Of a stretch of 64,000 bases of DNA, positions 26,969-34,844 are shown piece by piece. The DNA comes from an uncultured Myxococcales bacterium. GTDB lineage: Bacteria > Myxococcota_A > Polyangia > Palsa-1104 > JAEUJZ01. The stretch lies in contig CAZKOY010000004.1 in the NCBI GenBank assembly GCA_964554495.1, positions 18,128 through 82,127 on the forward strand, in the 5' to 3' direction. Position 1 is the first letter of the stretch. Each line of letters begins with the position of its first letter. The translations under genes were made by a program, and so were the position numbers. The notes beneath the pieces were generated by a model that searched no databases, was not told the DNA's origin, and saw only the letters and a program-made list of their open reading frames with translations.

Positions 26969-28675
26969 TCAGCGCGCGTCGCGCAAGATCGTGACGGACT
27001 CGATGTGCGGGGTCCCCGGATGCATGTCATACGGCGTGCTCTGCAGCCAGGCATACCCGGCGCGCGTCAAGGCCGAAAGATCGCGGGCCAGGCTCTCGGG
27101 GGAACAGCTGACATAGACGATGCAGCGCGGACGCAGCGACACGATCGCTGACAGCACATCTTGTGTGCAGCCACGCCGCGGCGGGTTTAATAACAGGGCG
27201 TCGCACCGCTGTGCCATCGCGCGGATTGCGGCATCGGCAAGCACGGTCTCGACCGCGCCGCAGCGGAAGTCAGCCTGTTGGGACAGGCCCAGCCGCGCTG
27301 CGCTGGCCTGCGCATCTGCGCTCGCACTCGCGCTCCATTCCACGCCCAGAAGCGAGCTGCCTGGCAGCCCGCGCAGCAAAGTTAGGCCCAGCCCACCGAC
27401 CCCACTGAAAAGGTCGACGATTCGCAGCGGCGCGGTCACATGCTGTGCTGGCCCCGGAAGCAAAAGGGACCGCACGTGTGCGCAGACATCGGAATAGATC
27501 CGGGCCGCCGTGACACGGTTGACTTGAAAAAAGGAACGAGACGAGATGCGCAGCGACAGCCCCCCGACTTCATCCCAAAGATAGGGCGGCCCGTGCAGCA
27601 GCCGATCGGCTGCATCGCCATCTGTTTCCGATCCTTCGTCTGCCAGGAGCGCATTTCCGGGGCTGCGATTTACGTGCAGGACCATGCTGACAAGCTGCGG
27701 ATGGGCGTACGTAAGCGCGGTCGTTAGCTCGGCCAGCACGTCGGCAGATGGGGGCTCGGCCACAACCAAGCTTAGCTGCTGCTCATGAGCGGCAGACTCC
27801 CGCAGAAGGACATAGCGCAGCACGCCCTGCCCCGTGGTTTCGTCATAGGCACGTACTCCCAAACGATTCAGCTCGATGGCTAGCGTGTGCGCCAGCGCAG
27901 TCAGGGAAGGCGCATTAATACGGCAGCCGTCCATCGCCAAAACATCATGCGAGCGTGGAATATAGGACCCGAAATAGAGCGGTGCGGCGGTCGCGGAATT
28001 CGCGCTTGTCGCGCGGTGCGCGGCCACCAGCTTCACGCGACTGCGATACCCCAGGGGCAGTCCCCCTAGGCCGTGTTCCCATTTCCGGTCGCCATCACAC
28101 GGGGAAAAGCCGAATCCAAGGCAGGCCGAGACCCCACCAGGAATTCCAGGAATTCCGTGCAGCGCGTGGGCTAGCCGTTCCGCTTTCCAGCGGAGCTGAG
28201 CGTCGTACTGCATGTGCTGCAGGGAACATCCCCCGCAGAGTCCATAGCCAGCACAGGACGGCAGCACGCGTTCCTCTGAGTCGTTGAGCCGACGATTAAC
28301 GGTCCCCCAGGCATCTTGGGTGTGTGGGCTGAGGTGGTGGATCCGCACATCCGCTGTCTCATTAGGAAGCAGACCCGGAACGTGAATCTCGCGATCCACC
28401 ATGCGGCAGACCCCGGCGCCATGTGCGTCCAGTCCATGCGCCGACAGCTCCACATTCCGCCCTATGGTCGGGCTGGGCTGGCGCTTGGGCGTCTGCGGGA
28501 CCGCCGCGGGATTCCCGACGCCCACAGCAAGGCCTGTAGGCTGCGATGGGCTCTGCCTTGCCGCTTCGGGGTTGGCTGCGACCGCACTGATATCGGTCCG
28601 ACTCGCCGTGGCGGGGGAATGAATGACCGCTTGCTGCGACTCGTGCCGTCTCGGCTCTCGGGGGGCTGCTGCCAT
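26969..28675 (-). CDS. RumA/TrmA-family 23S rRNA (uracil-C5)-methyltransferase with N-terminal extension
   Basis: TRAM-like GVCRMVDREIHVPGLLPNETADVRI. Fe-S Cys cluster PSCAGYGLCGGCSLQHM. FFQVN, SAM motif DLFSGVGGLGL, LLNPPRRG, YVSCSPESLARD. Confidence 0.85.
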   Translation of the reverse strand: MAAAPREPRRHESQQAVIHSPATASRTDISAVAANPEAARQSPSQPTGLAVGVGNPAAVPQTPKRQPSPTIGRNVELSAHGLDAHGAGVCRMVDREIHVPGLLPNETADVRIHHLSPHTQDAWGTVNRRLNDSEERVLPSCAGYGLCGGCSLQHMQYDAQLRWKAERLAHALHGIPGIPGGVSACLGFGFSPCDGDRKWEHGLGGLPLGYRSRVKLVAAHRATSANSATAAPLYFGSYIPRSHDVLAMDGCRINAPSLTALAHTLAIELNRLGVRAYDETTGQGVLRYVLLRESAAHEQQLSLVVAEPPSADVLAELTTALTYAHPQLVSMVLHVNRSPGNALLADEGSETDGDAADRLLHGPPYLWDEVGGLSLRISSRSFFQVNRVTAARIYSDVCAHVRSLLLPGPAQHVTAPLRIVDLFSGVGGLGLTLLRGLPGSSLLGVEWSASASADAQASAARLGLSQQADFRCGAVETVLADAAIRAMAQRCDALLLNPPRRGCTQDVLSAIVSLRPRCIVYVSCSPESLARDLSALTRAGYAWLQSTPYDMHPGTPHIESVTILRDAR

Positions 28676-28871
28676 GGGCGCACCATATCAAGACCAGATA
28701 CCTCCGTCGATGGGGTGGCAGCCTTGCCGTTTCGGAGTATCTGCCGCTGCATCTACACGCCGCGAACGGACACTTTCACGCTTGTTCCCAATTTCTGCGT
28801 TGTGTACTGTTCCATCACTACCGCTACGGACCAGATTCCTACACGGCATGCTCAAACAGCGAGGCAAGACC

Positions 28872-29351
28872 ATGGCGACCAAGACCACCAATGCATCGGA
28901 GCTGACGCGTCTGATCAATCAGCTGCGACAGGAGCGGCAGCAGCACGAAGCTGCGATTGCCGAAATCGACGCAACGTTCAAGGCGTTCGGAATCGTGGGG
29001 TCTACCACTTCGGGACGTGGTGGCGGGGGCAAAAAAGGAAAGAAGCGCGCGGACGCGGAAGCGCCCAGCAAGGGCAAGCGCCGAGGGCGCAAGCCAGCAG
29101 CCGACAAGCGGGGCTCGTCGCGGAAGGCGCCTTGGTCGCGGAAGTTCGAGATGACCGGCGATCAGCTGATCATGACGTTTGTCCGTGAAAAGGGCGGCGC
29201 CACCACCGAGGATATTCGCAAGCACTGGGAAGCGTCGGGGCGACGTGGCAAAGCGGAAAACAACCTGACCCTGTTGGTCAAGGGCGGCAAGCTCAAGCGC
29301 AGCAAGCTGGATAGCACCCAGGGTCGCGGCAGTATGTATTCCATCCCGTAG
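28872..29351 (+). CDS. Small basic (Lys/Arg/Gly-rich) putative DNA-binding protein
   Basis: ATG 28872 is in frame with track ORF 28623-29351. N-terminal coiled-coil-like LTRLINQLRQERQQHEAAIAEI. Basic linker GGGGKKGKKRADAEAPSKGKRRGRK. C-terminal LIMTFVREKGGATTEDIRKHW looks winged-helix-like. Confidence 0.55.
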   Translation: MATKTTNASELTRLINQLRQERQQHEAAIAEIDATFKAFGIVGSTTSGRGGGGKKGKKRADAEAPSKGKRRGRKPAADKRGSSRKAPWSRKFEMTGDQLIMTFVREKGGATTEDIRKHWEASGRRGKAENNLTLLVKGGKLKRSKLDSTQGRGSMYSIP

Positions 29352-29374
29352 GCTCTGCCGAGCGATTCCATACA

Positions 29375-29436
29375 CGAAAAAAGGGAATCTGGTGTGGCCC
29401 ATGTGGGCAAACAGCCAGATTCCCTTTTTCTTTTTG
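29375..29436. terminator. Bidirectional intrinsic terminator between convergent genes
   Basis: Perfect 12-bp stem AAGGGAATCTGG (29381-29392) / CCAGATTCCCTT (29415-29426), flanked by an A-run upstream (gaaaaaa) and a T-run downstream (tttctttttg). Confidence 0.7.
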
Positions 29437-29493
29437 CGAACTGGTCCGCTGCCGTGCCAGCACCGACTGCGCACCGGCTGCCGGCCAGGTGCC

Positions 29494-30825
29494 TTACAGC
29501 TTGGCGGTGTTGGCTAGGTTGAGCTTGTGTGCGCAGTCTGCCACGGCGCTGCGGACCGCATCGTGGACGCGCGGGTCCAAGGGGGACGGCACCACTTCGT
29601 CAGGAGTCACCACGCTGGCAATGGCTTGCGCAGCGGCGATGAACATCTGCGGATGCAGCGTACTGGCGCGCGTCTCTAGTGCGCCCTTGAAGATTCCCGG
29701 AAACGCCAGCGCGTTGTTGATGGCTGCGCCATCTGCGGCGTATGCCGCCCCCGCGGCACGGGCCGTATCGGGATCGATCTCGGCCTGGGGATTCGATAGC
29801 GCGAAGATGACCTGGCCTTTGCGAATCATCTCGGGCTTGAGCAGACCGACCTTGCCTGTCGTGCAGATCACGACATCGGCCGTCGCCATGATCGAATCCA
29901 GGGTCGCGGCCTGTGCTCCTTCTTCCACCATGCGCGCGACCATCTCGGCATTTACGTCGGTGACCAGGACCGAGCGCGCACCGTAGTTCAGAATCAGCCG
30001 CGCGATCGCGCTGCCGGCTGCTCCAAGCCCGACTTGCGCCACTTTGGCTTTGTGCAGATCCAGCCCCGTGATGCGACAGGCATTGATCAGCGCGGCCAGC
30101 GTGACCACCGCGGTACCGTGCTGGTCGTCGTGCATCACTGGCTTGCTCAAGCGACGACGAAGCTCGTTTTCAATCTTGAAGCACTCGGGAATGCGGATGT
30201 CTTCCAAGTGGATGCCGCCAAAGGTCTTGGACAGCCGCACGACGGTCTCGATGAATTCGTCGGCGTCCAGCGTGTCGATCAAGATCGGCGTCGCTGAGAT
30301 ACCAGCGAACTTGTCGTATAGGACCGCCTTGCCCTCCATCACTGGCATGCTGGCCAGCGGGCCGATGTTGCCCAGACCCAGCACGCGCGAGCCATTGGTG
30401 AAGATGCCGACGGACTGACCGATGTTGGTGTAATCCCAGGCGCGATCCGGGTTGGCGGCAATCGCGCGCGAGACCCGCGCCACGCCCGGCGTGTAGATGT
30501 AACGAAGATCGCCGAGGCGACGTAGCTCAACCCGGCTGGCCGCACGAATCTTGCCGCCGCGGTGAAGCTCAAAGACCAGGTCTTTGACTTCCAGCACCTC
30601 GACACCATCTGTGTGCTGCAGCGCCGAGATCAAGCGAGCCGTGTGTTCTTCATTCTCGGTCTCGACGGTGATGTCGCGCGTCGAGAGACCTTCGGCCATG
30701 TGGACCGTGGTGATCTCGCCGATCAGTGCGCCCTCTTGCGCGATCACCGTGGCCAGGCGAGCAAGCTGTCCAGGGCGGTGCCGCGTGCGCACACGCAAGA
30801 CGGTATCGATGCGTTGACGACCCAT
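29494..30825 (-). CDS. NAD(P)-dependent malic enzyme with N-terminal ACT domain
   Basis: ACT-like LRVRTRHRPGQLARLATVIAQEGALIGEI. Malic-enzyme core YTPGVARVSRAI...GSRVLGLGNIGPLASMPVMEGKAVLYDKFAGI...VGLGAAGSAIARLI. Confidence 0.9.
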   Translation of the reverse strand: MGRQRIDTVLRVRTRHRPGQLARLATVIAQEGALIGEITTVHMAEGLSTRDITVETENEEHTARLISALQHTDGVEVLEVKDLVFELHRGGKIRAASRVELRRLGDLRYIYTPGVARVSRAIAANPDRAWDYTNIGQSVGIFTNGSRVLGLGNIGPLASMPVMEGKAVLYDKFAGISATPILIDTLDADEFIETVVRLSKTFGGIHLEDIRIPECFKIENELRRRLSKPVMHDDQHGTAVVTLAALINACRITGLDLHKAKVAQVGLGAAGSAIARLILNYGARSVLVTDVNAEMVARMVEEGAQAATLDSIMATADVVICTTGKVGLLKPEMIRKGQVIFALSNPQAEIDPDTARAAGAAYAADGAAINNALAFPGIFKGALETRASTLHPQMFIAAAQAIASVVTPDEVVPSPLDPRVHDAVRSAVADCAHKLNLANTAKL

Positions 30826-30927
30826 GCCACTACACTATCGCAGTCGCTTGGCTAGGTCAGCCGGGCATCGTCGCCGATCCAGCCCAGCGCAAGCACGCGG
30901 TGGCAATAACGCAAGAGTGACGGACGG

Positions 30928-33159
30928 CTAGGGCGTTCCTTGACGCAGGGTGTCAACGTCCGCGGGCATGCGGCACACCGTGACGGGCACGCCGCTTAGG
31001 TGCGCCGTCCCAGCCAGCGGATCCACCAAAAGATCGTCGGTGAGGTCGTTGGCGCTGACGCCCGCATGGGCTTCGGCCACGCGCAGGCGAGTTCCTTGCC
31101 CATGATGACCATAGCCGTGCGGCAGGCTGACGACGCCCGGCATGACTTCATCGGAAACCGCAACCGGCGCCACGACTTCACCGACGCGCGACGACACGCG
31201 GACGCGCTCGCCCTGCTGGATGCCGCGCTGCGCCGCATCGCGCGGATGCATGATCAGCGTGCAGCGATCCGGCCCCTTTACCAAGCGCTCGCTGTTGTGG
31301 CACCACGAGTTGTTCGAGCGTAGCTGACGTCGCCCGATCAAGAGCAGCCCGTCGCGGATCAGAGTGGTTTCGTGCGTCACCAAGAGCGATTCACGCAGAC
31401 GCACAAAGTCCGCAAGCATGATGGGCGTTGCGACGTCGAGCTTGTTGTCGCGCGTATAGAGTCGCTGCGGCATGCAAGGCGCAAGCGGCCCCAGATCGAT
31501 GCCGTGTCGGTTTTCGTCGCGAAGCAGCGTTGCAAGGCTCAGCCCCTGGCGACCGCGGCGCAGTCCGTTGGGCCCGATGCGCAGCAACAGATCGAGCGTG
31601 CGCGCTGGATCGAAGAAGCCCTCGGCATGGTCGGACACCAGACGCATCGCGCGCGACAAGGCGACATCCTTGGTGCGTCCGCTCTTTGCATCGTGCTCAA
31701 GCAGGCGCGTCATCAAGCCCGCAAAGATCTGCCAGTCGTGACGCTGATCAGCGCTTTTTGCAAACAGCGCAGGCGAGTACTTGACGGTGTTGCGAACGGC
31801 CAGCGCGAAAAAAGCCAGGTCGTAGTGATCGTGTTCAAGCGCGAAGGTCGGCGGCAGGATGATGTTCGCGTGGCGCGTCGTCTCGTTGAGATAGATATCG
31901 ATGGCCACCATGAAGTCGAGCCGCGGCAGCGCGGCATCGAGTCGACGGCCGTTGGGGGTGCTCAAGACAGGATTCCCCGCGTGCGTGATCAGCGCGCGAA
32001 TCTGCTTGTCGCCGGGCGTGTCGATCTCTTCCGCCAGGCAGGCCGCGGGAAGCTCGCCGCCAAACTCGGGAATGCCGCGCACGCGACTTCTGAACTTGTT
32101 GTGGTGGCCCTGCTGATCCAGCCACGATCCAAGCTGCGCCAAGTTCACCGCGGGCGTCGGGAACATGGCGCCTCCTTCGCGATCGAAGTGGCCACTTACG
32201 ATATTGATGACTTCGATCAGCCAGTTGCACAGCCCGCCGAAGACATGGGTCGAGACGCCCAAGCGACCGTACAGCACGCCGCGCTCGCTTTGGGCATAGC
32301 TGCGCACGATACGACGCAGCGTCTCGGCGGGAACGCCACAGGCCGCAGAGACAGCTTCCGGGGAAAAGTCCTGCACGGAAGCCCGCAGCGCGTCGAGACC
32401 GCGGATGGCCGAAGCGAGATGCCGCAAGCGCACCAGATCTTCCGCGAAGATCACGTGCAGCATCGCAGCCAGGATCAGCGCGTCGCTGCCCGGACGCACG
32501 AACACGTGCTCATCGGCTAGCTCGGCTGTCTCGGTGCGGCGTGGATCAAAGACGATGACGCGACCGCCGCGAGCACGAATCGCCGCCAGGCGACGCTTCA
32601 TTCCCGGTGCCGACATCAAGCTGCCGTTCGAGACGACCGGGTTGCCGCCAAAGATCACAAAGCAGTCGGTGCGATCGACATCAGGCACCGACATCACGAT
32701 CTGGTGGCCATACAGCAAAAGCGACGTCAGCATCTTGGGAAGCTGATCGACCGAGGTCGCCGAAAACCGGCTGCGGCTGCGCAGGACCTTGGCGAACAGC
32801 ACGGAATAAAGCAGTGCGCCATAGTTGTGGACGCTGGGGTTGCCCAGGTACATGCCCACGGCGTGTGGCCCGTGCTCGCTGCGGATCTGATGGATGCGCG
32901 CCGCGGTCTCGTCAAGCGCTTCGTCCCATGAGATCTCGTGCCAGCGCGTGCCGCTGCGCTTGAGCGGACGGTGCAGGCGGTCGGGGTCGTGGTGAATGTC
33001 GCCGAGCGCCGTGGCCTTGGGGCAGATATAGCCCTGGCTGAACGGGTCGGCTTCGTCACCGCGGATGCTGACCACGCGGTCACCTTCGGTCTCGATGCGC
33101 ACGCCGCACATCGCTTCACACAGGTTGCACGAGCGGAAGTGAGTCACGTGGACCCCCAT
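30928..33159 (-). CDS. Molybdopterin (bis-MGD) oxidoreductase family protein
   Basis: N-terminal 4Fe-4S motif SCNLCEAMCGVRIE...GYICPK. Length and C-terminal beta-barrel-like region (MHPRDAAQRGIQQGERVRVSSRVGEV) are typical of the family. Confidence 0.85.
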   Translation of the reverse strand: MGVHVTHFRSCNLCEAMCGVRIETEGDRVVSIRGDEADPFSQGYICPKATALGDIHHDPDRLHRPLKRSGTRWHEISWDEALDETAARIHQIRSEHGPHAVGMYLGNPSVHNYGALLYSVLFAKVLRSRSRFSATSVDQLPKMLTSLLLYGHQIVMSVPDVDRTDCFVIFGGNPVVSNGSLMSAPGMKRRLAAIRARGGRVIVFDPRRTETAELADEHVFVRPGSDALILAAMLHVIFAEDLVRLRHLASAIRGLDALRASVQDFSPEAVSAACGVPAETLRRIVRSYAQSERGVLYGRLGVSTHVFGGLCNWLIEVINIVSGHFDREGGAMFPTPAVNLAQLGSWLDQQGHHNKFRSRVRGIPEFGGELPAACLAEEIDTPGDKQIRALITHAGNPVLSTPNGRRLDAALPRLDFMVAIDIYLNETTRHANIILPPTFALEHDHYDLAFFALAVRNTVKYSPALFAKSADQRHDWQIFAGLMTRLLEHDAKSGRTKDVALSRAMRLVSDHAEGFFDPARTLDLLLRIGPNGLRRGRQGLSLATLLRDENRHGIDLGPLAPCMPQRLYTRDNKLDVATPIMLADFVRLRESLLVTHETTLIRDGLLLIGRRQLRSNNSWCHNSERLVKGPDRCTLIMHPRDAAQRGIQQGERVRVSSRVGEVVAPVAVSDEVMPGVVSLPHGYGHHGQGTRLRVAEAHAGVSANDLTDDLLVDPLAGTAHLSGVPVTVCRMPADVDTLRQGTP

Positions 33160-33195
33160 GGTAGGAATGCGTGAAAGGATCGAAAAAGGAACGTA

Positions 33196-33888
33196 TTACT
33201 TGCCGCTGCCCACCGGCACCGTGGCCAGGGGGATGTAGTCGGGAACGTCGGGGCCCAGGCGGCTCTCGTACAGCACGATCTCTTTGAGAGCAAACGCGCC
33301 ACCGACGGGGCGATCGCCATAGCTGGCCAGCAGGTCGGCGAGACCCCGCCGCCATTGTTCCGGCGAAAGCGGGCCTTTTTCGTCGCGCTCGCTGGCGCTG
33401 CCCGTGGGTCGACGATGCGACGGCCGCTTGTCGACGGGGCGCGGCTGGTGGCGGTCGCGCACACGACCCAGCGTCAAGTGGGCACGAAAGGGCCGCTCTT
33501 CGCGCGCAAAGCCCAGCTCAAAGAGCCATTCTTCGACGGCGCGAGCCAAGGAAAGCAGCCGGCCTTGGTTCGACTCGCTCTCGCCTTGCACACCCAGCCA
33601 AAGGACCTTGGGGCGCTCGGGCTGGGGAAAGGCGCCCAGGCCGCGCAGCCGCACAATGGCCGGAGCCGTCGGCTGCATGGCCATGCCGCGCTGCACCCGC
33701 GAAAGGATCTCTGGCACGCGCGCCGGATCGACGTCGCCGAGAAACTTCACGGTCGTGTGCAGCGACGCCGGACGCGACCAGGTCACGCGATAGCCCAAGC
33801 GCTCGGTCGGCGTCATAAGGCCGTGCAAGAGCTCAGCCGCGGCCGCTACGACGTCGTCTGGCGGGCGAAACGCCCAGAACAAGCGCAA
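33196..33888 (-). CDS. thpR: RNA 2',3'-cyclic phosphodiesterase (2H phosphoesterase, ThpR/LigT-like)
   Basis: Two HxT/S motifs (LHTTVKFLG, FRAHLTLGRV). I prefer the TTG start at 33888, preceded by aagagagggggg, because the track ORF start at 34038 would overlap the SOD gene. Confidence 0.75.
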   Translation of the reverse strand: MRLFWAFRPPDDVVAAAAELLHGLMTPTERLGYRVTWSRPASLHTTVKFLGDVDPARVPEILSRVQRGMAMQPTAPAIVRLRGLGAFPQPERPKVLWLGVQGESESNQGRLLSLARAVEEWLFELGFAREERPFRAHLTLGRVRDRHQPRPVDKRPSHRRPTGSASERDEKGPLSPEQWRRGLADLLASYGDRPVGGAFALKEIVLYESRLGPDVPDYIPLATVPVGSGK

Positions 33889-33908
33889 GAGCCCCCCTCT
33901 CTTTCGCC

Positions 33909-34517
33909 TTACTGCGCCTTGCCCATGCGGGTCATGGCGTGACGTTTCTCGACGGTGGCCCAGTTGATGTGCTTGAGTACACCGGCCAGGTAATCCGGCT
34001 TCTTGGTGCCATAGTCGAGGAAGTAGGCGTGCTCCCAAGCGTCGATGGCGATCAGCGTCGACTGGTTGGGCAGAAGACCGATGTGGTGCTCGCCCTGCAC
34101 TTGGTTGGTGCGCACGCGGCCATAGGTCCAGTCATACGTGACCAGCGCCCAGCCATGGCCCGAGCCAACGATGCCCTTGATATCGGCGATGAACGCATCC
34201 CACGAGCCAAACGACTTTTCGACATCGGCCTTAAACGCCGCGCTCGGCTGGCCGCCTTCGGCGCCGAGGTTCTCGAAGTACTGCTCGTGCAGCACGGTGC
34301 CGTTGTACGCCACCGGCTCGCGGCGACGCAGCTCAGAGTACTCGCTGAAGGAATAGTTGGCCGTCGTCGGGTCGGCCTTACCCAACCTCTCTTCGATCTC
34401 GTTGAGCTTCTTGACGTAGCCCTGGTACAGCGTGAAGTGCGCTTGTAGCTGCTTCTCGCTGAGGAACGCTTTGCAGTCTCCGATCAGGTGCTCGAAGTTC
34501 TTGGGACTATGCGGCAT
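33909..34517 (-). CDS. Fe/Mn superoxide dismutase family protein (divergent N-terminal helix motif)
   Basis: C-terminal IAIDAWEHAYFLDYG (D/H metal ligands) and NGTVLHEQYFENL. ATG 34517 with RBS ggagg. The N-terminal AHFTLYQGYV replaces the usual HHxKHHxxYV. Confidence 0.85.
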   Translation of the reverse strand: MPHSPKNFEHLIGDCKAFLSEKQLQAHFTLYQGYVKKLNEIEERLGKADPTTANYSFSEYSELRRREPVAYNGTVLHEQYFENLGAEGGQPSAAFKADVEKSFGSWDAFIADIKGIVGSGHGWALVTYDWTYGRVRTNQVQGEHHIGLLPNQSTLIAIDAWEHAYFLDYGTKKPDYLAGVLKHINWATVEKRHAMTRMGKAQ

Positions 34518-34844
34518 TGAAACAGCCTCCGTACGGGTCGTGGTTGCCTGCCGGGGTGCGGCAGCTTGGGTTTTGGTTCGATGATCTCGGCGTGGACCTG
34601 TCGTCAGTCGGGGTCGCCGATGCTGTGCGTCCCGTCTGTGGGGCTGGCTAAGCCCCCACGCCACACGCCTGCAAAAGATGCGCTTTCGTCCCCAAGCCGG
34701 TCAAGCGCGAAGATGCGGGCCACAGACAGCCGACAGGTGCCGTGCGCCAGCCGCCGAGCCGCGTATTCCCTTTGTTGAGTTGGCTTCGTCGCTGCGGCGC
34801 GAAAACCGTGAACCAACGCCGACCTGGGCCGCATCAGAACGCAT

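Noticed and set aside
31372-32520. 382-aa plus-strand ORF
   Set aside because: It is antisense to the molybdopterin oxidoreductase, with shadow-ORF composition (R/A/Q/D-rich, no motifs).
34781-34795. Sigma-54-like motif TGGCTTCGTCGCTGC upstream of the photolyase gene
   Set aside because: The spacing is right, but the -12 element is CTGC rather than TTGC and the -24 flank is weak. There is no upstream repeat or UAS. Judged likely chance in GC-rich DNA.
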